From: an uncultured bacterium
Lineage (GTDB): Bacteria > Hydrothermota > UBA3072
Direction of reading: 5' to 3'
DNA length: 31,651 nt
Assembly: GCA_964422805.1 (NCBI GenBank)
Contig: CAYRCN010000001.1
Coordinates: 1 to 31,651, forward strand
Position 1 is the first letter of the stretch. Every line of letters starts with the position of its first letter. Under the pieces are notes generated by a model that was not told the DNA's origin, made no database searches, and was given only the letters and a program-made list of their open reading frames with translations. Shown here one piece after another: positions 1-8,242 of this stretch. Both the position numbers and the translations under genes were made by a program.

Positions 1-83
1 CCTGGAAACATCACGTGGTAAGTAGAACAAGACACGTTAAGATCGATAAAACCGCCACAGGCATCACGGTTGTTTTTAAATAG
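1..83 (+). CDS. Possible 3' end of a CDS entering from the left (WKHHVVSRTRHVKIDKTATGITVVFK*)
   Basis: Frame 3 is open from the window edge to TAG at 81-83. It converges on argR across a repeat hairpin. Too short to assign a family. Confidence 0.3.
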   Translation, partial: WKHHVVSRTRHVKIDKTATGITVVFK

Positions 84-95
84 TATTTATATTAA

Positions 96-202
96 GCTTT
101 TTGCTTTTCGCATTTAGCTATCAGCTTTAGAAGTTTAGAAAAAATTAATTTGGATTCGTTAAGACTTGGTGAGCCAAGAGCCACCGGCTAAAAGCGAAGA
201 GT
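96..202. repeat. Inverted pair of period-7 GC-phased arrays (imperfect hairpin)
   Basis: Left arm 96-130: gcttttt gcttttc gcattta gctatca gctttag. Right arm 175-202: caagagc caccggc taaaagc gaagagt, roughly complementary to the left arm. Confidence 0.75.
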
Positions 203-210
203 GTAGTTTT

Positions 211-657
211 TTATCCTATATATTTTTTTAGTTCTGTTACAACGCGTGCGGCAACAGCTTTGTTGGTTGCCAGAGCAAAAATAGTGTCGTCTCCGGCGAG
301 TGTGCCGGCAATCCCATCTATTCTGGCATGGTCTATAGCAGTACAGACTGCTTGGGCGTTGCCGGTTTTCGTTTTTATTACAATAATGTTGTTGACATGA
401 GAGAGTTCGACAAGGCCCAATCTAAAAAGAAGATCAAGCCGTTCTTCTCCTCCTTCCACTTTGATTATTCTGTAAGTTCCGTCGCCGATAGGAGCTCTTA
501 TGTAACCAAGTTCTTTCAGGTCTCGAGAAAGCGTAGATTGGGAAATTCTTACACTACACTCTTTCAATCTCTCTTTCAATTCGACTTGTGAATGTATTTT
601 GTTCTCGTTTAAAATGCTTCTTACTACTTCTAATCGCTTATTTTTACTTTTAGACAT
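211..657 (-). CDS. argR: Arginine repressor ArgR
   Basis: 148 aa; winged-helix motif SQSTLSRDLKELG; C-terminal arginine-binding motif GTLAGDDTIF; downstream of argGH. Confidence 0.96.
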   Translation of the reverse strand: MSKSKNKRLEVVRSILNENKIHSQVELKERLKECSVRISQSTLSRDLKELGYIRAPIGDGTYRIIKVEGGEERLDLLFRLGLVELSHVNNIIVIKTKTGNAQAVCTAIDHARIDGIAGTLAGDDTIFALATNKAVAARVVTELKKYIG

Positions 658-675
658 TGTTGTATCCTCGCATAA

Positions 676-2070
676 CTAAAGTTTGGCCATGGAACTTTTT
701 ATAATCTTGCTCGCTCTTTTTATTTGCTCCTTCACGGATTTTTCACCTGTTCCACCGGTCAAATTGCGGCGGGAAAGAGCATTCTTAAAGCTGAGATAAT
801 CATAAATTTCTTCTTCAAACAGAGAAGAGAAATCCTTTAATTTGCTTAAGGGTACTTCATTTAAAGCAGTCTTGTTTTCCTTTGCCCACTTAACAATATT
901 TCCTGTTATTTCATGAGCTGTTCTAAAAGGGATTCCTTTTTCCGTGAGATAGTCTGCTATCTCAGTGGCGAGAAGGGCTGATGAAAGAGCTCGAGCAATT
1001 CTTTCTTTATTTACTTTCAGGGTTTTTAAAACACCGGAGAATATCTCTAGAGAACCTTTAGCAATTCCAACAATTTCGAAAATATGTTTTTTATCTTCCT
1101 GTAAATCCCGATTGTACGAATGCGGAAGTCCTTGACACAGAGACAGGAGAGCTGTGAGATGCCCTATGGCTGAAGCAGCTTTTCCTCTTATAAGCTCTAA
1201 GCTGTCGGGATTTTTCTTTTGAGGCATAATGCTGCTGCCTGTGGCATATTTATCGTCTATTTCTACGAAACCGAACTCATCGGTTGACCAGAGTATAAGA
1301 TCAGATGCATAGCGACTCAAATGTGAAGTTATCATTGTCAGAGTAAAGCTAATAGATATCGGAATATCACGGTGTGCTGTTATATCCAAACTGTTATTGC
1401 TTACCGTGTTGAAACCTAAGTCCCGGGCAAGAATTTGTAGGTCGATAGGGAATCCCGTTCCTGCAAGAGCCGCTGAGCCTAAAGGCATAATACCGCAATG
1501 CTTTAAACCCAGCAGCAGGGATTCTTTATCTCGTTCTATAAGCCAGAAAAGAGAGAGCAGGTAATGGGAGAAAAGAATTGGTTGAGCTTGCTGAAGATGA
1601 GTATAACCGGGTATTATCAAATCTAATTCGTCCTTTGCCATGTCGACGACATTTTTTTCGAGTCCTACAATGTGCCCCAGAACCTCTGAAAGTTCCTTTT
1701 TCAGATAGAGAAGTAAATCTGTCATTACCTGGTCATTACGACTTCGTCCCGTATGGATTTTTTCGCCGACATCTCCTGTGATTTCTGTCAGTCTGCGTTC
1801 TATTGCGCTGTGAATGTCTTCATCGTCCGGTTGTATAGCAAAATTATGGCTCGTAAATTCCTCTTTTATAACTTCAAGAGCGGTTAAAATTTCTTTCGTT
1901 TCTTTGTTTGATAGAATGCCAATCTTATTTAGACCTTGAGCCCAGGCTTTATTTACAGCAATATCTTCGGAGAACAGAATCTTATCTGTCTCTATTGAAT
2001 GACTGAATTTTTCCATTTCTACGGCTGTTTCTTTAGAAAAACGGCCTTTCCAGATTTTTCCTTTTCCCAT
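676..2070 (-). CDS. argH: Argininosuccinate lyase
   Basis: 464 aa; N-terminal WKGRF, HTGRSRNDQ, GYTHLQ, signature GSSIMPQKKNPD, YNRDLQEDK. Confidence 0.97.
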   Translation of the reverse strand: MGKGKIWKGRFSKETAVEMEKFSHSIETDKILFSEDIAVNKAWAQGLNKIGILSNKETKEILTALEVIKEEFTSHNFAIQPDDEDIHSAIERRLTEITGDVGEKIHTGRSRNDQVMTDLLLYLKKELSEVLGHIVGLEKNVVDMAKDELDLIIPGYTHLQQAQPILFSHYLLSLFWLIERDKESLLLGLKHCGIMPLGSAALAGTGFPIDLQILARDLGFNTVSNNSLDITAHRDIPISISFTLTMITSHLSRYASDLILWSTDEFGFVEIDDKYATGSSIMPQKKNPDSLELIRGKAASAIGHLTALLSLCQGLPHSYNRDLQEDKKHIFEIVGIAKGSLEIFSGVLKTLKVNKERIARALSSALLATEIADYLTEKGIPFRTAHEITGNIVKWAKENKTALNEVPLSKLKDFSSLFEEEIYDYLSFKNALSRRNLTGGTGEKSVKEQIKRASKIIKSSMAKL

Positions 2071-2079
2071 TTTTTTTTG

Positions 2080-3300
2080 CTAAAGCTTCCCTTCTTCTTC
2101 GAGCTTTTTTAGCCCTCGTATCGTTAATTGCAAGCCAAAGAGATTAATAAATCCCTCTGCGTCTTTCTGATTGTAAATCTGATCTTCTCCGAACGTAGCG
2201 AAGTCCTCTCTGTACGTAGAAAACTTTGACTTTCGACCTAAAGTAATTATGTTACCTTTATAAAGCTTTAACCGCACAACTCCGCTCACTTTTTCCTGAG
2301 TTTTATCTATAAAAGCATCTAAGGCTTCCTTTAATTCAGAAAACCATAAGCCGTAGTAAACTAACCGTGAATAAAGGTTCGCAACGTCCATTTTATGATG
2401 GAGGGTATTTGCATCAAGTATTATGCTTTCTAATTGTTTATGAGCCTCATAAAGTATAGTCCCTCCGGGAGTTTCATAAACGCCGCGGGATTTAATTCCC
2501 ACAAGACGGTTTTCAACCATGTCAACCATACCGACACCGTGTTTTTTGCCTAATTTGTTTAGTTCGGTAAGCAAACCTACCGGAGATAATTTTTCGCCGT
2601 TGACCGCTACCGGAATTCCTTGCTCAAATTTTATTTCTACGGTTTCGGATTCGTCGGGAGCATCCTCTGGTGATTTGGTAAACCCATAAGCATTCTTGGG
2701 GAATTCATTCCACGGGTCTTCCAGGATTCCTCCCTCTGTACTTCTATGCCATAGATTGGTATCGTTGCTGTAAATTTTTTCCTTTGTAATCGTCGTAGTT
2801 AGTCCGTGCTTCTTCGCATAATCTATTTCGTCTTCTCTGGACTTCAAATCCCACTCTCTCCATGGAGCAATTATCTTTAGTTTGGGATTTAAAGCCTTAT
2901 ACGTTAATTCGAAACGTACCTGGTCGTTGCCTTTCCCGGTACATCCGTGGGCAACCGCGTCTGCTCCCTCTTTTTCTGCTATTTTGACCTGTTCTTTTGC
3001 CGCTATTGGACGCGCAAAAGAGGTTCCCAACAGATAAGTTCCTTCATATATTGCCCCGGCTTTTAGAACAGGGAAAACATAATCCGTGATAAATTCTTCT
3101 TTTAAGTCCACCACATAAGCTTTATCGGCTCCCGAAGAAATAGCTTTCTCTTCAAGCCCTTCTAATTCGTCTTCTTGACCAAGGTCCGCGGTGAACGTAA
3201 TTACCTTGCAATTGTAGTTCTCCTTAAGCCAGTGTAGGATTACGGTTGTGTCCAGCCCTCCAGAGTATGCAAGAACTACTTTTTTTACTTCTTTTTTCAT
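2080..3300 (-). CDS. argG: Argininosuccinate synthase
   Basis: 406 aa; [43 protein letters not shown]; AGGAGG SD. Confidence 0.97.
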   Translation of the reverse strand: MKKEVKKVVLAYSGGLDTTVILHWLKENYNCKVITFTADLGQEDELEGLEEKAISSGADKAYVVDLKEEFITDYVFPVLKAGAIYEGTYLLGTSFARPIAAKEQVKIAEKEGADAVAHGCTGKGNDQVRFELTYKALNPKLKIIAPWREWDLKSREDEIDYAKKHGLTTTITKEKIYSNDTNLWHRSTEGGILEDPWNEFPKNAYGFTKSPEDAPDESETVEIKFEQGIPVAVNGEKLSPVGLLTELNKLGKKHGVGMVDMVENRLVGIKSRGVYETPGGTILYEAHKQLESIILDANTLHHKMDVANLYSRLVYYGLWFSELKEALDAFIDKTQEKVSGVVRLKLYKGNIITLGRKSKFSTYREDFATFGEDQIYNQKDAEGFINLFGLQLTIRGLKKLEEEGKL

Positions 3301-3330
3301 TTTACCCTCCTAAATAATCGGCAGTGTTTT

Positions 3331-3358
3331 ATAATACCTTATTTTTTTTAATTGTCAA
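3331..3358 (-). promoter_or_regulatory. Sigma70-type promoter for argGHR (TTGACA-16-TATTAT)
   Basis: Minus-strand TTGACA at 3358-3353 and TATTAT at 3336-3331. Confidence 0.65.
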
Positions 3359-3377
3359 GACGGAGTTTTCATTTTTT

Positions 3378-3395
3378 TATGAAAATTTATTCATT
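3378..3395. promoter_or_regulatory. ARG box (ArgR operator)
   Basis: TATGAAAATTTATTCATT has 1 mismatch to WNTGAATWWWWATTCANW and lies in the argG/MFS divergent region. Confidence 0.7.
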
Positions 3396-3475
3396 TGTAT
3401 TTTTTTCGCATTGACTTTTTTCTCTTTAACATTTTAATATAAAAGGATATAGGGGGTATTTATTTTGTAGGGCTT

Positions 3476-3495
3476 TTATGCAAAATTTTGCATAA
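3476..3495. promoter_or_regulatory. Perfect 20-bp palindrome, ARG-box-like (TTATGCAAAATTTTGCATAA)
   Basis: The 14-bp core TGCAA-AATT-TTGCA has ArgR/AhrC operator geometry; 77 nt upstream of the MFS start. Confidence 0.6.
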
Positions 3496-3571
3496 TTTCT
3501 TATATAAAAGGATAGGGTTAATCCTTGACTTTTTACGCATAAAATATAAGTATCTCTTTGGGAAAGAATTT

Positions 3572-4744
3572 ATGAGGCTATTTAAAGATATTCCCGGGAA
3601 CGTAAAAGCGCTGGGTTTTGTAAGCCTGTTTAACGATGCGGCAAGCGAAATGATTTATCCTCTATTGCCTATTTTTCTTACTTCTATTCTGGGGGTTGGC
3701 GCAGGAGCTTTGGGTATTATTGAAGGTATAGCGGAATCAACTGCTAGTCTTCTTAAGTTGTTTTCCGGGTGGTTTTCGGATAAGGTAAGGAAGAGAAAGG
3801 CTCTTATTTTAATTGGCTATTCACTCGCTGCGCTCGGAAGACCTATGATTGCTTTAAGCAGATACTGGTGGCATGTTGCGGTTATAAGGTTCGTAGATCG
3901 TTTGGGTAAAGGTGTGAGGACTTCTCCCAGGGATGCTCTTATTTCGCTGTCTACTCCTGAAGAGATAAAAGGAAAAGCTTTTAGTTTGCATAGAGCGATG
4001 GATCATGCTGGGGCAATAATAGGTCCGCTTTGCGCTATAATCCTCCTGAAATTTGGGATGAGTCTTAAGAGCTTGTTTGCCTGGGCTTTACTCCCCGGAA
4101 TTATAACTGTCTTTATTGTGGTTTTCTTTGTAAGAGAAAAGAAAATCGAAGCAAAAGCAAAGAGTGTAGATTTCAAGTTTTCTATACTCTCAAGAAATTT
4201 TAAAGCGTATCTCCTCGTGCTTATCTTTTTTACTCTTGGTAATTCATCCGATGCGTTCCTAATTTTGAAAGCGAAGGATGCCGGCGTTACAATTTTTCTT
4301 ATTCCGCTTCTCTGGATTGTTCTTCATTTTGTGAAGATGGCGACTTCGATTCCCGGAGGAGAGTGGTCAGATAAGGTTGGAAGACGAAAAGTGATAGTTA
4401 GCGGGTGGATCGTTTACGCGCTTATTTATCTTGGTTTTGGTTTCTCTTCCCGGATATTTCATATATGGATCTTATTTGCTCTTTACGGGATATACTTTGG
4501 GCTTACAGAGGGCGTGGAGAAAGCGTTTGTGAGCGATCTTGTGAGTAAGAAATTTCAGGGTACCGCTTTCGGCTTCTACCATCTGGCAGTTGGGGTCGCC
4601 GCATTTCCTTCAAGTGTAATTTTTGGTTTTATATGGCAAAAATTTGGTTCACTAGTGGCTTTTACGTATGGCTCAGCTCTTGCGGGTTTAGCTTCAATCT
4701 TGCTTTTTTCTTTGGTGAAGGAAAAGAAAAGGCAATTTCAATAG
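3572..4744 (+). CDS. MFS transporter (about 390 aa, about 12 TM)
   Basis: MFS motif A-like GWFSDKVRKRK and GEWSDKVGRRK; DRLGKGVRTSPRDALI. ATG 3572 is preferred over the ORF-track start 3488, which runs through the regulatory region. Confidence 0.9.
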   Translation: MRLFKDIPGNVKALGFVSLFNDAASEMIYPLLPIFLTSILGVGAGALGIIEGIAESTASLLKLFSGWFSDKVRKRKALILIGYSLAALGRPMIALSRYWWHVAVIRFVDRLGKGVRTSPRDALISLSTPEEIKGKAFSLHRAMDHAGAIIGPLCAIILLKFGMSLKSLFAWALLPGIITVFIVVFFVREKKIEAKAKSVDFKFSILSRNFKAYLLVLIFFTLGNSSDAFLILKAKDAGVTIFLIPLLWIVLHFVKMATSIPGGEWSDKVGRRKVIVSGWIVYALIYLGFGFSSRIFHIWILFALYGIYFGLTEGVEKAFVSDLVSKKFQGTAFGFYHLAVGVAAFPSSVIFGFIWQKFGSLVAFTYGSALAGLASILLFSLVKEKKRQFQ

Positions 4745-4794
4745 AAACAACTTCTTTTCTGTAAAACACTAAGCAGCTTTTTCAACACAGGGAC

Positions 4795-4822
4795 TTGACA
4801 AAATTAATCTGTTTGCAATACT
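4795..4822 (+). promoter_or_regulatory. Sigma70-type promoter for gcvT-H-PA (TTGACA-16-AATACT, preceded by TG)
   Basis: TTGACA at 4795-4800 and TGcAATACT at 4814-4822; the gcvT ATG is about 20 nt downstream of the -10. Confidence 0.55.
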
Positions 4823-4842
4823 AAATTTATTTATTAAATAAA

Positions 4843-5964
4843 ATGAAAGAAATAAAAACTCCTTTATACAGCAAACACCTCGAATTAAGTGCCTCTATGG
4901 TAAGCTTTGCCGATTACAGAATGCCGATGCAATATTCCTCTATATTTAATGAAGCAAAAGCCGTACGAAATTCTGCGGGTTTATTTGATGTGTCACATAT
5001 GGGAGAAATCGAGGTTACAGGGAGTGATGCAACAGAATTTATCAACAGCCTTGTAACATATGATATATCTTCGCTCAAGGACTTTCAGGCAAAATATACC
5101 GTGATGTTAAATGAAAAAGGGGGAATAATAGATGACATCCTGGTGTATAATCTTCCGGGGAGGTATTTTATAGTAGTTAATGCGTCAAACCGGGAAAAAG
5201 ATTTTAACTGGATCAGCGGGCACAAAAGCGGTAATGTAGAGGTACAAGATGTTAGCAAAGAAATTTTCCAGATTGCGTTACAGGGGCCGTTATCAGAAAA
5301 AATTATAAAGAGAGTCGTAAAATCCAGTCCTTCAGATTTAGAGTTTTACCATGCTAAAGAAGAAAAAATAGAGAATGGAAAAGTTTTACTTTCAAGAACA
5401 GGATATACGGGCGAGGATGGTTTCGAAATTTACGGAGAAAGCAGTGAAGCAGAAAAAATATGGGATAGAATCATGAAAGAGGGGAATCCATATGGCCTTT
5501 CTCCCTGTGGTTTAGGTGCGAGGGATTTACTTAGGCTGGAAATGGGATACTGCCTATACGGTAACGATATAACAGCGGAGACGACTCCTCTGGAAGCGAG
5601 CCTCTCTTGGGTTGTCTCTTTAGATAAGGAAAATTTTATAGGTAAAGAGGTTTTATTGAAACAAAAAAAAGAAGGAATAAAAAGGAAACTTGTTGGGATT
5701 TTGGTACCGGGCAAAAGAATTCCCAGGCATGGCTATAAAATATTGACAAAAGGAGAAAAGATCGGCACAATTACGAGCGGTAATTACTCCCCGAACGTTG
5801 GCTCTTCCATTGCAATGGGTTATATAAGTAAGCCGTATGATAAAGAGGGAACAAAGGTAGAAATTGAAATAAGGAATACGTTTACAGAGGGAGAAACTAT
5901 TAAGCTTCCGTTCTGGAAACGCGGAACAATCAAGAAGAAGAGTGTCGAAAAGAAAGACGACTGA
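4843..5964 (+). CDS. gcvT: Glycine cleavage system aminomethyltransferase T
   Basis: 373 aa; GLFDVSHMGEI, SRTGYTGEDGFEI, GLGARDLLRLEMG. Confidence 0.96.
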   Translation: MKEIKTPLYSKHLELSASMVSFADYRMPMQYSSIFNEAKAVRNSAGLFDVSHMGEIEVTGSDATEFINSLVTYDISSLKDFQAKYTVMLNEKGGIIDDILVYNLPGRYFIVVNASNREKDFNWISGHKSGNVEVQDVSKEIFQIALQGPLSEKIIKRVVKSSPSDLEFYHAKEEKIENGKVLLSRTGYTGEDGFEIYGESSEAEKIWDRIMKEGNPYGLSPCGLGARDLLRLEMGYCLYGNDITAETTPLEASLSWVVSLDKENFIGKEVLLKQKKEGIKRKLVGILVPGKRIPRHGYKILTKGEKIGTITSGNYSPNVGSSIAMGYISKPYDKEGTKVEIEIRNTFTEGETIKLPFWKRGTIKKKSVEKKDD

Positions 5965-5996
5965 ATTTATAAATCAAATATAAATATGGAGGGGAA

Positions 5997-6386
5997 ATGG
6001 AAATAAAAATACCGAAAGATCTTTTGTATACTGAAGATCACGAGTGGGCAAGAAAAGAAAACGGTGAAATTACCGAAGGCATAACGGATTTTGCGCAATC
6101 TGAACTTCAGGATATCGTCTTTATAGAATTGCCGGAAGTAGGTCAAGAAGTAGTCCAGGGAGATTCGATTGCTACAATTGAAGCCGTAAAAACGGTAACC
6201 GATCTTTACGCAGCTGTTTCCGGAGAAATTGTTAAGGTTAACAAAGAGCTGGAAAAGAAGCCGGAATTAATAAATAAGGATCCCTATGATACTGGTTGGA
6301 TAGTAAAAATAAAAGTATCTGACCCAGCCGAATTAGAAACCTTGCTTGCGCCTTCCGAATATAAAAAAGTAATTCAAGAAGAGTGA
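5997..6386 (+). CDS. gcvH: Glycine cleavage system H protein
   Basis: 129 aa; YTEDHEW, GITDFAQSELQDIVFIELP, lipoyl-Lys motif IEAVKTV, INKDPYDTGWI. Confidence 0.96.
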   Translation: MEIKIPKDLLYTEDHEWARKENGEITEGITDFAQSELQDIVFIELPEVGQEVVQGDSIATIEAVKTVTDLYAAVSGEIVKVNKELEKKPELINKDPYDTGWIVKIKVSDPAELETLLAPSEYKKVIQEE

Positions 6387-7702
6387 ATTTTATTCCAGTA
6401 AATAGAAATCAGCAGAAAGAAATGCTCAAAACCATAGGTAAGGGCATAGCTGATTTACTTTCAGCAATCCCTGAAGATTTACATTTAAAAAGACCCTTGA
6501 ATCTTCCTGCTCCGCTTTCCGAAATGGAAATAAAGGAGGAATCGCTTAAAACGGCCAAACTCAACAATGATTTAATAGTTTTTGCCGGCGGGGGAGTTTA
6601 TGATCACTATGTTCCGTCAGCTATAAGGCATCTTACCGGGAGAGCCGAGTTCTTTACCGCTTACACTCCTTATCAACCGGAGGTCTCTCAGGGTACTCTC
6701 CAGGCGATCTACGAATATCAATCGATGATTTGTGAATTAACAGGAATGGAAGTTTCAAACGCTTCTATTTACGACGGGGCAACAGCTCTCGCGGAAGCTA
6801 TATTTATGGCACTTGCAATAAACTCCGACAGAAACAAAGTAGTTGTCTCAGAAGGAATTAATCCTTATTACCTCGAAGTTATAAAAACATATCTAGGTGA
6901 AAATTATTTATTTGAAACTCTATCTCTAAAAGATGGTATTACAGATACGGAAGAGTTAGGGAAGATTGACGAGGGGACTGCTTGTATATCGATACAACAT
7001 CCTAATTTCCTGGGGAATTTTGAGGAAGTTGAAGAATTCGTAAAAGCAGCCCAAAATCTTGGTGTTATTGTAATATTAAATTTTGACCCGATATCTCTTG
7101 GGATACTAAAGACACCAGGGGAATATAGGGTAGATATTGCGACAGCAGAAGGACAGAGTCTGGGTATCCATATGAACCTTGGAGGGCCTTATCTCGGTAT
7201 ACTAACCTCGATGAAAAAACATATAAGAAATATGCCTGGAAGGATAGCCGGGAAGACAATAGACAAGAAAGGGAAAGAAGGTTATGTAATGGTTCTGCAG
7301 ACTCGCGAGCAACACATAAGAAGAGAAAAAGCTACGTCGAATATCTGTACAAACCAGCAACTTTGTGCCCTTTCGGCCGCAATATACCTTGCCCTGCACG
7401 GATGGGAAGGAATAAGAGAAACAGCAAACATAATAACTCAGAAAGCTCATTACCTCGCAGAAAAAATACAAAAGGCGGGGCTTGAACTTCCATATAAACA
7501 AAAATTTTTTAGAGAGTTTGTTGTTGAAATCCCAACGGGAGCAGAAAAAGCAATCAAAAAAGGAGTCAAAAACGGATACCTTGCAGGTATTAACCTTGGA
7601 AAATTCAAAAAAGAGTGGCAGAAACACCTTCTTGTTTCCGTAACGGAAAAAAGAACCAAAGGCGAGATGGACGAGCTCGTAAAAATTCTTTCGTCAAATT
7701 AA
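6383..7702 (+). CDS. gcvPA: Glycine dehydrogenase subunit 1 (alpha)
   Basis: 439 aa; TAYTPYQPEVSQGTLQAIYEYQS, NASIYDGATA, TREQHIRREKATSNICTNQ; GTG start overlaps the gcvH stop. Confidence 0.94.
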   Translation: MNFIPVNRNQQKEMLKTIGKGIADLLSAIPEDLHLKRPLNLPAPLSEMEIKEESLKTAKLNNDLIVFAGGGVYDHYVPSAIRHLTGRAEFFTAYTPYQPEVSQGTLQAIYEYQSMICELTGMEVSNASIYDGATALAEAIFMALAINSDRNKVVVSEGINPYYLEVIKTYLGENYLFETLSLKDGITDTEELGKIDEGTACISIQHPNFLGNFEEVEEFVKAAQNLGVIVILNFDPISLGILKTPGEYRVDIATAEGQSLGIHMNLGGPYLGILTSMKKHIRNMPGRIAGKTIDKKGKEGYVMVLQTREQHIRREKATSNICTNQQLCALSAAIYLALHGWEGIRETANIITQKAHYLAEKIQKAGLELPYKQKFFREFVVEIPTGAEKAIKKGVKNGYLAGINLGKFKKEWQKHLLVSVTEKRTKGEMDELVKILSSN

Positions 7703-7770
7703 TAAACTCCATTTTTGCCCATAGAGAATCTATCGCGGAAAAGTCACTAAAATTCAAAAATCAAATATTA

Positions 7771-8003
7771 GCACTTAGCCATGCGCTTTTGGCTGTTGGC
7801 TTTCAGCTTTTTAATAAAATTATATTGAGGCCAAAGACGAAAAGCCAATAAGCCGGGATGCGGCATTGTAAAAAAAGAAATAAGCAGTTAGAATTTAGAA
7901 TCCCAACCTACCCCAAAAAAATATTTTAACAGCCATATAATACAAAAAAGCTCATTCACTGTTTTTTAGCTAACAGCTAAAGGCTAAAAGCCAAAGGCAT
8001 AGT
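7771..8003. repeat. Cluster of period-7 arrays in both orientations
   Basis: 7771-7812: gcactta gccatgc gcttttg gctgttg gctttca gcttttt. Opposing arm at 7830-7861. 7888-7901: ttagaat x2. 7969-8003: gctaaca gctaaag gctaaaa gccaaag gcatagt. Confidence 0.8.
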
Positions 8004-8015
8004 TTAAAAAACCCC

Positions 8016-8044
8016 TTGACAAATAACATAAATTTCACTACAAT
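8016..8044 (+). promoter_or_regulatory. Sigma70-type promoter of the efflux operon (TTGACA-17-TACAAT)
   Basis: TTGACA at 8016-8021 and TACAAT at 8039-8044. Confidence 0.75.
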
Positions 8045-8047
8045 AAA

Positions 8048-8071
8048 TTTGTATTAATTCAATAATACAAA
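8048..8071. promoter_or_regulatory. Inverted repeat TTTGTATTA-N6-TAATACAAA over the predicted TSS (GntR/YtrA-like operator)
   Basis: Perfect 9-bp arms starting 4 nt after the -10 hexamer. Confidence 0.55.
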
Positions 8072-8130
8072 GTTGGTTTTGTAAATTTGTAGAAAAGAGG
8101 TTTGGTTTATGTTGAATTTTTTTGTGATAG

Positions 8131-8146
8131 TTTTGTATATACAAAA
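8131..8146. promoter_or_regulatory. Perfect 16-bp palindrome TTTTGTATATACAAAA (GntR HutC-type GTMTAKAC core)
   Basis: Self-complementary; lies in the 5' leader of the efflux operon. Confidence 0.5.
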
Positions 8147-8242
8147 AGTTGATTGATTGAAACTTTTTTGTTTACGGGGTCGTCAAACAGAAAAAGAGGT
8201 GAATTTGGCTAAAATTTTTAGATTTGTGAAGGAGGCTAAATA

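Noticed and set aside
3411-3552. Exact MFS promoter calls from TTGACT at 3411 and 3525
   Set aside because: The matching -10 hexamers are poor or at 14/18-bp spacing; left unassigned.
3488-3571. Longer MFS start from the ORF track (MHNFLYKR...)
   Set aside because: It begins inside the ARG-like palindrome and crosses a TTGACT hexamer; ATG 3572 gives a typical MFS N-terminus.
7615-7851. 78-aa ORF after gcvPA as a possible gcvPB fragment
   Set aside because: No GcvPB-like motif; it overlaps the gcvPA end and runs through the heptamer arrays.
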